Shown here: in pieces, positions 52,201 through 64,000 of the stretch
Position numbering within the stretch: the first letter of the stretch is position 1
How the letters are laid out: the number at the start of each line of letters is the position of its first letter
From: Pelomyxa schiedti
Lineage: Eukaryota; Protista; Evosea
Length of the DNA stretch: 64,000 bases
Direction of reading: 5' to 3'
NCBI GenBank assembly: GCA_020536535.1
Contig: JAHLWZ010000851.1
Location: 11,134 to 75,133, forward strand
Notes under the pieces: model-generated
What the model was told of the DNA's origin: nothing
Seen by the model: the letters and a program-made list of their open reading frames with translations, nothing else
Database searches by the model: none
Made by a program: the position numbers and the translations under genes

Positions 52201-55200
52201 GCAAGGTATTCGCCACATAGTCACCAAAACTACTAAGCCTGTTAATACAAAAGGCAAATCAATCAGCCACTGTAAGAATTCTATGCAAATAGCCTTGTGC
52301 CAGTTATCCCCACGCTCCAACTTGGAGGGTTGTTAAAAAAACAGTTGGAAAATAGGGAATTACCTTCTTGTACATCTCCCACAAGAACGGAATTCTCCAC
52401 AAAGTGAGGACCATCACTAGCAACAACACAAAAACAGGAGCATCAATCAATCCAAGTGCAAAACTTTTTAGGCATGCATATCTTCTCTCTGTGGCATTTT
52501 CGTACTATTGTTTATTAAGCAGTCGAGAATTAGAGCGGGAATTGGGAATACTTCTGTCCATGAGCGATAAAGTAGAATGGGTATCCTCCAGAAACAAATC
52601 ATGCCGCAAATGCAGAATGGGATGTCCACAATAAGCTGCCATAGTTGGTTGAATATCATATTTTGTTTGTTGTCTTCCAATGATGCCTTAGCACACAAGC
52701 TCAGAACAAGCGAACAGACGTAACAATCAGAACCTCTTTCAATTCCCGGTACAATGTCAAGCATCTCCAAGACATGAATACAAGTGCACAAGCTATCACT
52801 GCAGGGAAGTCCAAACAAATTTGCAAAGCTTGATACGCAATGAGTTTCTTGCGATCCCACTCGCCCATGGGCTATTTTTTCCCCTATCAGAGAATAAAAG
52901 AGAGAAAGTGGCAATACAGCTCTTAGAATGTGCTTGAGCATATAGTAACGCCATGGAGCAAGTAGAATGAATATAGTCAGCAAGAAAAATGGAAGATCAA
53001 CAATGAACAGTGCAAACTGAACAAATGTGACCCAATGCCTGAGGGCCAAGTAAGGAAAGTAGGAAAAGGGAAACAAGGTAACATACCACAGAGAGAGGAA
53101 TTTTGTTGACACATAAGCCTGTTGGGGCGCAGGATTTTCGTCATTATCTGGAGACTTCGGTTGTGCTTTACCAAGGTCAGGATTCAGATAAATCTTTACG
53201 TTTGTTAGAGGACAAGAAAATCAAAAATGGGAGAAGTGTGGTAGGGGAACTAACAGCTTTTAATTGCTGGTAGAGTGTTCTTGCACGCCAAATAGTGACA
53301 AACACAACAAGAGCACACAAAGCTGCTGGTACATCCACCAAGAGTAAGAAGAATTGCCTTACTATTGCACGGCGGATGTCTCCGCGGGTGTGTGCCTAAA
53401 GTGTGTTCAACATGGGTTGGGTTTCAATAGAATTACCTTGCGTAGAGCTCGAACTAAAACCATAGACCTCCACAAGGTTATCCACACAAACAACGACATA
53501 ATCCAGAACGGTAAATCAAGAATGTCAACAAAGAGCATTAAAAAGTGGTGGTATATAGATTGCTTGACGGGGTTCCGTTTCTTTATTTGTGTTAGAACAC
53601 AGAAAGTGCAGAAAAACTACCTTAAATATATCGTACAGAAGTAATGGAAGCCGCCAAACAGTCAAGACAATAATGACTAGACAGAAAATAGCAGGAAGAT
53701 CACACAAAAAATCTAGGAAGAGAGAGATGATGTATCCTTGGTAGGAAATTGATCTCCACTGTAGATGCTGCACTGCATGTAAGAAACAGGTTAAATGCAC
53801 AAGTCACTGTACATGGGGATTGCGGTTCAAAAGCCTCGCTTTGTACACAGTAAGTATCAATACCACAGTACACAATATAGTGAAGATATCGACAAGAATG
53901 AACCAACATTGCTCCAAAACCAATATTCTCCTTTCTACAGCTCTTGTTTGCTTCGTAATGTTAATGAGGAAATGGAAGAAACGTCATACATTATAGAAAT
54001 ATCGGATTGTATAAGTGCGGTACAAAGAGCAAAAGGCAATTATTCCAAATGGGATGCAAAGCCAATCTAAAAGAGACCGACCAAACTGGAACCAACACGT
54101 TTTGCGTTTTACTGAAAGAGTTCCAGCCTTAAAACCGTCATAAGGGGGGGCTGGGGGTAATAGTAATACCCGTGCAAATTTATGAATGATAATTCGCCAT
54201 CTCCATGGGGTTGTGCAAAGAACAAATACACCCATGACCCAGAAGACGCAATCAAGTAAAACAGAAAAAGCAGAATGCATCTAGGATTGTTTACTGGGAA
54301 AAAAGATAGATATGGGCAGAGAAGATACAATGAAGCCACGTATTCCAAAATCATATGAAAAGTCATAAAATATTTTATTTGGCGGATTAAACTTGACGCC
54401 CGCTAGAGCCTTTACAGAATCAGTAATGAAGAGGACAAAAAAAGGTCTTGTACTCGGCACAGTCTTTGATAGATTCTCTGATATCTCCACACTGTAAGAG
54501 TAACAAACATGAAACAACCAAAGGTAGCCAAATCCACAAAACTCATCAACAACTCAACTGTTGTGCATTAGGTCATAGTGACAACAGCATAAGAGGTTTG
54601 ACAACCAAAGATGTGGTTTCGCACAGAAATAGTATGAAGGTGAGCTTTGCGGAAAGGGATCAAGGATAAGACAAATGGGATCCTTTTAATTGTTGGGGTC
54701 ATAGAACAGAGGTTGGTGTTGAACCTCACGATGAGCAACATCTCTGCTATCACACACACAAAAGCAAGAAGGTCAAGCTGGGAATCCAACACTGCAAAAA
54801 AGTATTTGTCCGCATTATCCCTTGAGGTAATTTAAGAAGAAACTGATTGGATAGTGACATACCAGCGCAACTTCCTCTTTTTCATCCAATAAAGGCCATA
54901 GAGCATGGCACCTGGTGTTAAAGTCACTAAGCAGCAAGAAAGCAAGGCACGTTACCTGCAGTTGCGAAAAAACACAACACAGCAGCAATAATAGATGACA
55001 TTGCGTAATTGACAGCGTAGCATACACTCAATACCTGGCATGCCAGGAGCGGAATTGCGAGTGTGGCCAGTAACCATCGCAATGGGAACATCAAGGCGTG
55101 TTTGATGTACTCGCCTGAATCCTCCTCGAATACGCGATGACATACGAGACCCTACGTTATGAGCTCATTTTAAGAAAAAAAAAAAGTTACGGTCCACCGC

Positions 55201-55337
55201 GTCTTGGACTGAGAAAAACAAACCTTTGTGAGGCGATAGTAGCAATAAAAGGGTAGATCTAACAGGAAACAAACAGCACCGACACACCACCCCAACGCCA
55301 CCAAGGCGTGCACGACAAGGGGCGTTTCACCCGGCAT
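49271..55337 (-). CDS. Very large multi-exon polytopic membrane protein with repeated D-P...WR transmembrane units
   Basis: Dozens of short hydrophobic exons with recurring D[LIVA]P-hydrophobic-WR motifs; start MPGETPLVVHALVALGWC at 55337; exact exon chain not resolved. Confidence 0.6.
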
Positions 55338-55542
55338 TCGGTTAAAATAATTTTCTTCTCATTTGTGGCATTTCGTCCTCCCAGGAGTGTCTGGTAATGG
55401 GACACGCTGACTCACTCACGGAGCTCACACAGCGTTACGCGGTACATGACACTTTTTGCCTGACATACCTGACAAGTGTACCCCTTCAGGAGCAGTAGAT
55501 AAAAACCGAACAACAAAAAAAAAAAAACACTGAGCTCGAGAC

Positions 55543-56224
55543 ATGGCAACGGACGTTTTTTCCGGTGTGAGGAACGAGTGCGCTAAGAGCAAGAAGAGTT
55601 GTATGATTGACTACGAAAATCAGTCCAACAGGAAAATCGTGCGGAGGTGAAGGCGGATTTTTTTTTCTTTTTTCCCAAATATGCATTTCTCAATGGTTAT
55701 CAGGTACATCGATCTTCCTGGTGGAATGTGGGTGTCCGAGCCTGCCGCTGCTATTCCCCCTTCAAATGTTGCTTCTTCTTTTTTTTTTTTTTTCCCCCTT
55801 TTAGTTGCTCATACATATTTACAGAGTGTTGTTGTTGCTGCACGTGCACGCAGTATTGGTGGTGTAAAGGGCTCGTTCTCCTATGCGCAGGATGGAGACA
55901 ACATGCGAACGTATGCTCTTAATTTTATCTTCCCAACAACAAAACTCCTTTTCATAAATACTCTGTTTTTTCCCCTTCATAGGTCACCCCTGATTCAAAA
56001 CTACTCTCACAACCTTTATTACATCTAACTCTAACTCTCCCCCTTGTCCTCCCCACAGATATGTTGTAACCTTTGACTGTGCGGCCCCAACACCCGAGGG
56101 CAAAGTCACCGTTGCTAGTGCTGCCTCTGCGCCTGGTGCAAAAGACCCCCTCAAGATAACCTTGGCGTCCACCGAATTCACTGACACACAAATCATTGCC
56201 AAAGTGGTGATCACAAACAATTAA
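55543..56224 (+). CDS. Small beta-rich protein, possibly aegerolysin/ET79-like
   Basis: Four exons: MATDVF...IDYENQS...; LPGGMWVSEPAAAIPP; VVAARARSIGGVKGSFSY; YVVTFDC...KVVITNN*. Confidence 0.45.
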
Positions 56225-56585
56225 ACCTGGACAAATTCTCAATGCACAACATTAACAACAAGTTACAAAAGCCACTCTTCTTTTCTTAGCGTTACCATAA
56301 AGCCAGGGTTTCAAAAAAGAAAAAGACACAAAGTGAAACGGGTTGGGGTAGCAAGCGAATTTGATTTGTATTTGCCACTGAACGCGCCAAAAACACGGCC
56401 TGACCCTTTGCAATGCCACCCACAATTGCGCATTTTGTGCGAGGGTGGAGCTTTTAAGTGGCCTGGAAGGGAGAAAAAACGACTAGAAAATGTGCATTCT
56501 GAGGCTTGGCTGGATTACTGTATTGGCTGTGTGTATTACATGCACTTTGTTTACAACAAAGCCAATAATGTTGTATGCCAGGTCA

Positions 56586-57794
56586 TGGTGTTTCATTATC
56601 ATCAGACCCTTGCTGAATGCCCTTATTTTGTTCAGACTTATAATCAATCGTTCTCTGCCTTAAAACTACAAACCATAACAGCAAGTGTTGACAAGGTAAA
56701 TGCTCTTTTACTCTCTTTTTTTCTTTTCGCTCTTCCTGCTGAACACTTGTTTTCTTTAAGGGAGTTGTGGCTATTAGTTTGAATGAAAATGGCAATGCAA
56801 GTTTCGTCACCGTTGCAACTACAGTGGCTGCTTCTACATCACAACTACTTGAGGCTCGTTTGTATCAGGCTACATTGAGTAGTGATGAGACCACTCTGTC
56901 AATATCATCTGTGTGCAATTTTCCCTACTGCGCCTATATTCACGATAGTAAGTGTGCAACCGAAGCAAATTCTACCCAGTGCGTTCTGGAAAGGAAACAA
57001 GTTTGCTTTTCTGAGGCTGGGAGACTGAGCCCTGGATTTCTTGCATTTGCACTGAGTGCACTTGTTATTCTCGCTGTAAATCTTTTCTTGTCACTAAACG
57101 GTTCGAGTAATCTCCATAGGCAACCAGACAAAGTACAACAACTTGTGCTGTTTCTCTCATGGTACTTTTGGCTGGCAGGTAAGTGCTACTTCTGTACTTT
57201 TTCCTTAGCGAGTTGTAGACCCTTCTTTTCGTTTGCGCAAGAGCAGGCCTGTGAAGAGTCCACCGTTTGGATTATATTGCCTCAGATGTGGAGCGGTAAC
57301 CTTCGTATTGATACAGGTACGAATGAAATACAACAAAAATATCTCGCTCAGAGCATTTATCAGGCGATGCCGCTATTGCCTTGAACAGCCCTCTTTCAGT
57401 TAACGAGCTCCATGTATCTTCTGACAAGGGTGCAATAGCTGGCTCATGGGAATCTACTGTGCAGGCTAGCCAACTTGAACTGTGGTGCGGCTCAGGGACT
57501 GCTTACATATCAAGTTCGCCTTCACTCCCGGTGCAGTTTGTACCAACCCCAATACCAGGAACGACACTTATAGGGGACGAACCAAAGTTTTCGGCAAGTA
57601 CAGTAGATGGCTATGTGACTTTCAGTGAAATTACTGTCCCTGGGAATGTCCCCACCGAAATCACAATTGATGCTTGTGAAGGAAGAGTGGAAGGTTGTCC
57701 AGTTGGCTTCGACGCAAATGTTGCCTTGCTAATTATTTGCAGTTGCTCACTTGCGCGGATTCAATGGAGTATTCAACACTTCCGCACTGAATGA
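56586..57794 (+). CDS. Hypothetical protein with a hydrophobic segment (boundaries uncertain)
   Basis: Overlapping plus-strand ORFs 56333-56782, 56767-57384 and 57381-57794 linked by short introns; TM-like FLAFALSALVILAVNLFL. Confidence 0.35.
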
Positions 57795-58084
57795 AACAGG
57801 AATAGCCATTACCGGTAACCCAGTGAAGGTCGAGAAGAGGTCATGGGAATCACCATGGACACTGGTTTTACTTTCAACACCAACAAGCAAAAGACTCACA
57901 CAATACAGGGTGGAACAATAGGAAAGGGAACAGGGGGAGACACTTTGTCTGTGTACACACAAATGGGTAATGTGGTAATCTTCAATGATGCATAAGAAAC
58001 ACTTTGTGCTATTTCTATTTACTTTGTTTCTTTTCACGTCCTATCTCCCGAAGTTTTTGTACATGGGGCAACCATCCAGAGGCT

Positions 58085-59654
58085 TTAGTCGTAGTCCCAA
58101 TCATAGAAGATAAGGAAAGGTACTCCCTCATAGACTGAAGCCAATACTTCCAGAACGGATACAACCAGAGCAAAAACAGTGATGAAAGTGCGGTTTGGGG
58201 GATACCTCCTCCTCACAGCCTCAGAAAGTAGCCCCATTGCCACAATGCTGAGTGGCATTTCCAATCCCCAGATAAGTATGGCTACCAGTAGGCGGGAGCC
58301 TGAGCTGCATGCTCCCCAGATAGTAAATGCGATAAGCATTACACCAGTAGCGATGTCAAATACCATGCCTACTACAAATATGGCAAGGGAGTTTCCTCCT
58401 TGGTTGGGGTTTTGTATGTATTTCTCTATCTGTTTGTAGAAGGTTGGGTAATGGAAAAAAAAGAATGCGAAAAAGCTAAAAAGTACCTCTGGGAGTTGGA
58501 TCATCTCTGTGCCACTTAGCCTGTTCAATGCCCGTAGAACTCGTATAATGTAAATCACACTCAAAACGAGGTAGACTATTTGAAATAGGGCAATGAAGCC
58601 ATAGATGAATGCCCAAATTCGGACATAGTCATCTTCAGTATTGCCATTAATGTTGCGGTCACCCAAAAAGGCCATCATAATGAAACCAGCCATTAAAAAA
58701 AATGGACCCAGAATGGCAAAAGCCAAAATGCTGTCTGCAACAGAGGGAAAAACCGGTTACAAAACAGGAGGAAGGAGGGGTAGGGTACTTGCAAATTCAG
58801 TATTATTCTTTGTCAAGAAAGGATACTGAAAATGAAAGTAAAATAGATAACATCCAACGACAAGGGTGATAAACGATGCGGGAGCCACGACCCAGTACAG
58901 AAGGGATACCAACTGTTCTTTCGCCCCAGAAGACATATTTAGAAGTTTTCACACATTAAATAGCATTACTTACTCCAAAGAACACGTTTACAGCTAGTAA
59001 AACAGCCAGAAGTCGGTAATAAAAGGAGTGCTTTATAGAGCTCAAAGTTTGCACTTTTCTTGACGCAGTATACCCACTGTTTTTGTTGTTAAAGTTTTTG
59101 CGTAAAAACTTGGCCTGGCAATGGGTACAAAAAATGCAGCAACAGCGATAAATTACAGAATAAAGAATAACGAAAACAAACCTCTCAATAAACTGCTGAA
59201 CAGTGCAGTACTTTGGAGCAGCAAAAGCCACTCCGGGCTTCCGCGAAGCCAGCAAATAACACCCCAACGAGAACCCGGCCCTGGTCACGCCCACGCCCCC
59301 GTATCCGCCCCTCTCCACCATTCCCATAAGTGCGTGCGTGACCGCCTCCCCCTCGCCGTACCTCAGCCACGCCCCCTCGGCCGCCGCCGCGTCGGCCACC
59401 TCCTCGGGGCCCCCTCCGCCCCCGACTTTGCCGAGGGTGTCGAACACCACGTCGCACGTGCCGCGGAACTCGGCGGGCACGATCGACCCAGGGCCTGACG
59501 TCACGTTTGCAGTTGCAGCAGGTGACGTAGCCGCCGCGGGGTCAACAGACCCCACGACGTCAACTGCAGTTGCATTCACAGTGTAGGTGCCTGTTTCCTC
59601 TTTTGCGCTCTCCATCTCGACTACGTTCGACGGGTTGGTTGCGTCGTAAGCCAT
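58085..59654 (-). CDS. Hypothetical multi-pass membrane protein
   Basis: 232-aa N-terminal ORF followed by a 213-aa ORF with several hydrophobic helices. Confidence 0.55.
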
Positions 59655-59815
59655 TTCGTTTTCGGTTGCCGTTAAACGTGTGTTTGCTCCCTCTTCTTAT
59701 TCTTATTCTTTTTGGTTCGTTTTATTGCTCTTTTGGTTGAAGGACGCGTTCATAAGGTTTGATTGGAGAGTGATTTCGAGGAAGAGAGCAATCATTCTAT
59801 TGTTTTGGGGTCTCT

Positions 59816-62219
59816 TTAGCGCGAATTGAGAATGCCGTCGATTTTGAGTATCATGACCACGGTTTCAGTTGCTAGCTGTGTTGCACTTGAGAATACAAGG
59901 AGAGGCCCAACAACTTTCTTCTCCAGCATGTCACTGATTTTTCCTTGTGTGTGGGTGGCCTGGGTTTGGTTTTAGTTAGGGCAAGTTTGGTTTTCTTTGT
60001 TTTGGTGAAAGTACAGGAAGAGTGGAGTTTACATACTTTTCTCATGTTAATGCCGGCGTTTTTGTTTCCTGAAATGTGTGCATTTCTGAGTTCGGTTACC
60101 ACTTGAACAGGATTCAACCCAGCGTTCTCTGCCAGTGTGTAAGGTATTACTTCAAATGCCTCACCAAAGGCACGGACACAATAGCTCTGTCAATTGTTAG
60201 TGCGGGGAAAGTGACATGCTCAGGAAAAACCTCAACGCCAGTCAGTGTCTTGGCGTATTCGCGGAGTTGCAAACTTACTTCCATCTCAGGTGCACCACCT
60301 CCAGGGCACAAAAACCTGTGGTGATGAGAAAACGTTTATGCGTGCATAAACATACTTCACCCTAACAAGAGACCTCACAACGCACAAAGCATCGTGTAGT
60401 GATCGTTCGGCCTCATCAACAATAAGGCGATTAGCACCACGAACCAGAATGCTGACCGTCTTAACTGTTGGAGCAACACCTGTTACTTTCACAATCTTGC
60501 TGTCCTCGCTAATTGCAACTTCCTCAACTAGCTCTGCTCGGCCAAGTTTTTCAGGTGAGAACCCTTCAATACTGGCTATTGGTTGACACCCAACGGTCTA
60601 TTGGATCATAAATTAGAACTTAAAACAAAGAGGAAATGAACGACCTTGCAGATAAACTCGATATCATCCCGCTCAATGTCGTGCACAACCAGAATATGGT
60701 ATTTGGCAAGGTAATGGAGGGCCAAATCGCTGAGGGCATCACGCAAAATGGATTTCTGCACCAGTAATACGTTGCAGCCTGTCTTGGCAATTCTTTTGCA
60801 GAGATTCAGAATGTATACTCTCTCCTGTGCAATTATGGCATCCATTTGGGTGTAGTCTGCAACGGACACTTTATTGTCCATCTACTCCAGTTATTGCCGA
60901 GAAAATAATTTCTTCTAGACATACGTTCGTTTTTGGGGCAGACAGGCAAAATTGCATGAGGCCAATTTTTGCATTTGCGACTCTAGTTGGCCCACCCGCA
61001 TTGTGTGCAATCTTTTGCGAAAAAACAAGGCCATCAACAAGTTCGGTGTCGTCAATTGTCCCTCCAACTTTCTTAGTTATCCTTTAGAAGAATTAAAACA
61101 GTTACACAGAACGGAATTGGGAAGGGAAACCTTATGTCATGCATGTTAACGTTGGTTGCAGTCTTATCAACTACTTTGAGAATTGCGTTTACTGCAATTG
61201 GAGCAAGTAAGGAAGAGTACTGCGATACAAGCTAAATATTTTGAACTCGTTAGGGAATCCGTTTATTGACGTTTATTCTGTCCTTTAAACATGAGGAAAA
61301 GAGTAAGGCACCTTTGAATTGAGTGATGTCACGGCACTCTTTAGCAAGGTATCCCTGTCTGCTAACTCAATTGGTATTGCCATCCCTCTTAACACCTCTT
61401 GGGCCTTGGCGCAGCCCTTTAGAAACCCCCTAGCAATAACACTGGGATGAATATTTTTCCCCATTAGAGTCGAGACATGGCCCAACATCGAGCCAGCCAG
61501 GACAACAACAGACGTGGTACCATCTCCAGCCTCAATGTCTTGTGCCTTACCGAGTTCCGCCATCTGAAAAGATCATGAGTTCTTCCACTATTGAGTAATT
61601 TCTGGAGTTGTAACCCACCATTCTTGCTGTGGGGTGCAGCAAGTGAAGTTGTTGCAAAATTGTAGCGCCATCATTCGTGATTACAGTGTCCCCATTCGGT
61701 GCAGAAATCTTCAAGTGTGAGGATATAACAGAAGTGCCTCCAAAAAGAACAAGTACTAGCAACACCCAAAAGGGGAAACTTACCATTTTGTCCATCCCCT
61801 TGGGCCCCAAACTGGTCCGAATTGTGTCAGCAACACCTTCCATTGCATTAATTTTGTTGTTTTTTTTGCTTTGGCTGTGATTTGGTTTTGTTTGGGAGTG
61901 GTGGCACCACACAACTTGGTCCCTTTTGGTGTTTGGCAGATTGATGATTGCGTTTTTGAATTGTGGGTGGGCGGGTGGTTGGGTTGGTTGGTTCGGTGCT
62001 TCGTTACGTACCCTTCGCAGCTACGATGTTGGCCTCCCTCACGTTCCTCTCAGTGTCCCTCTCCTCCTTACGATCGGGCGCCCCGCCGCCGGGCGTCACC
62101 ATCATCGGCACGAAACCGCCGCCTCGTGGTCCGGACTGGGGCGCCGCAGTTGCCGCGGCTGACGATGATGACGTGGTCGCAGTTGCTGCGGCTGACGATG
62201 ACCCTGTAGATGTTGCCAT
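59816..62219 (-). CDS. CCT4: Chaperonin CCT/TRiC subunit delta
   Basis: [96 protein letters not shown]. Confidence 0.95.
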
Positions 62220-62306
62220 TACCACCTCGCTGGTCGCGATTTGTTCCTTCTTTCGTCCGGTTATTTTTTTCCCCTTGGCTGTTCTGAAATGCAGTTGCTA
62301 TTCCTA

Positions 62307-63470
62307 TCAGATTGATTGGTGCCTCAGTCTGCCATGGGAAGGCGGAACGGTTCCGGTACGTGGAAGTGTCACACAGACCGAACATAATAAAAGAGAATTC
62401 TCCACACGCCTCTTCACGACCTCCGCACAAGTGGTTTGTTTTGGATTTGGCTTTAGGATGGGAGTATCTGGTCTGGCTGTTGAATGTCTATAAAACGGAA
62501 AGCAATTTGACAAAACCAGGGTGGAGAAGAGCTGGATTGCCGAGATATTCTCCCTAAATTGCTGTGGTCCGGTCACAATTTCAAGCTTGCTCACTCCCAT
62601 GTACACATATTCCTTGACACCCAAAAAAACCATATATGTTGCCACTGGTATACAGTTTTAATTCGAGAATTCTTGGGTAGTATTGATACCTTAGACATAT
62701 CCTCATCATCCACCAAAACTTTGATCATTTTTTTGGAACTTATTTCTTGCAAGATCAGACCAATTCACACTGCTGTTAATCAAGGCATACTTGATGTAAT
62801 GAGCCAGGAATGATTTTAAGTGTCCATAAACAAACCTTCCAGGTTGAATTGGAGCGTCCCGCATGGTACCTAAGAAAAATTAAGTGATTGCAGCTGGACT
62901 TTGAGATAGCATTGATAAAGAAATTTCTTCCACGGTTGGGTACAAATCCAAATATCCTGCAGTTATTCAGGGCTTGTGAAAAAAGAAATGAAATACCAAC
63001 AATATGAAAAAAGTGGGGGCCGTTAAATTTACGCCATGCAGTTTTACAGGGGAGTAATCCGCCACGCTTGGCCATTGTTTCCGCTAACTCCTTTTGATTT
63101 ATAATTACATCAAGAATCATAGGAGTGGTTTCTGTTGATTCTTCATGTTCCCAGAGGCACTTGACATTTGGATCCGCTCCCCCCACTTCGTATCTGTCAG
63201 CACCTTGACAAATTTCCAGTCACCAGTTCTGATCCACGCAGAGTTTGGAGCAAGTTAGCAATTCCAGCCACGTACGTGGCTCATCACACGAAGACAGAAT
63301 CATGTCAGCTGAAGTACGGTGTAGTTCTTCCCCGAAACCCGGCATACACACAGTGGGTCAGCGCAACAGGCACTGAGCCACCCCAGTGGGCCTCTCACGC
63401 CTCTCATACACGGAATTCGCCAATGGCTAAGTAAAAGCACAAGCCAGGCCAAGCTGATTCCCATGGTTCC
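62307..63470 (-). CDS. Hypothetical, possibly ankyrin-like gene or gene remnant
   Basis: GADPNVKC...TTPMILDVIINQKELAETMAKRGG looks ankyrin-like; upstream exon joins could not be resolved cleanly. Confidence 0.3.
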
Positions 63471-63714
63471 AAAACGGCGTTCGTTTCCAGAGCCGCGCAA
63501 GCGAAAACCACGTTGAATCGCACTGACACCGAGAACCCGCCGGGGGCGTGTAGCTCTGTCTCGCTCCCCGCCTACGGGTACCGACGCGACCAGCTTCGCT
63601 GTGCTTGGCCCTTGACGTCAGCAGGATACTGGTTTTTGGTATTGCTCACCGATGCGACGTCGTCTGCGTGGAGCCGCAGAGGGGGTTGTGGTGGTGCTAC
63701 ATATCTGGATCAGT

Positions 63715-63875
63715 GGGCAGTGATTTTTTTCCCTATCAAAAAGTGTATCATCACCGCCCAAAATCACTGCCCGGGCGGTGATTTTGGGCGGTGATGATAC
63801 ACTTTTTGCAGTCAAATCGGATCACCGCCCCGGGCGGTGGTCAAGCACATAAGCCAGTCAGTAAAATCACCGCCC
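63715..63875. repeat. 72-bp near-perfect palindrome (63737-63808) within a cluster of ATCACCGCCC / GGGCGGTGAT motifs
   Basis: CAAAAAGTGTATCATCACCGCCCAAAATCACTGCCC|GGGCGGTGATTTTGGGCGGTGATGATACACTTTTTG, one mismatch and no loop; further motif copies at about 63715, 63821, 63832 and 63866. Confidence 0.85.
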
Positions 63876-64000
63876 TGGGTTTAACCAAAAGAAAAAACTT
63901 TTTTTTAGGTTGTTCTTAATCTAACTCAATATTTAACAGTGCTGAGGGGTTAAGCTTTGGGCTAAACAAGGAGTACAAAGCAAACATGTTGTTCCTTGTG

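Noticed and set aside
62140-62202. Short direct repeat in CCT4 exon 1
   Set aside because: It encodes a low-complexity SSSAAAT N-terminal extension and looks like ordinary slippage duplication.
63541-63612. GGGGGCGTGTAGCTC resembling a tRNA 5' end
   Set aside because: No T-loop GTTCRA, no D-loop GG and no closing acceptor stem.

Overview
Gene-dense, intron-rich eukaryotic DNA with short GT-AG introns (mostly about 35-100 nt) and about 28 protein-coding genes or gene fragments. The gene style suggests an amoebozoan, probably an archamoeba such as Pelomyxa; this is inference only. Recognisable genes: ubiquitin E1, a DDT/PHD chromatin protein, CTF8, a P/U-type cyclin, a plexin-like PSI/IPT-TM-RasGAP receptor, eIF2-alpha, RPS12, SIN1, a degenerate RluA-type pseudouridine synthase, an FGD-like RhoGEF, a GNAT acetyltransferase, a TTD14-like P-loop protein, a LIM protein, NC2-alpha/DRAP1 and CCT4. 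The standout is at 45486-46632 (- strand), in an ORF-free gap inside an ankyrin / coiled-coil / 2xSAM / U-box gene. It holds a tandem array of 18 predicted single-codon (3-nt) microexons plus one 6-nt exon, each flanked by AG and GT splice sites and separated by 41-92 nt introns. The array sits where the three variable beta-hairpin residues of an ankyrin repeat are missing. This suggests a codon-by-codon, splice-diversified substrate-recognition loop on an E3 ligase, like a natural DARPin library. Exon structures were read by eye and need RNA confirmation.
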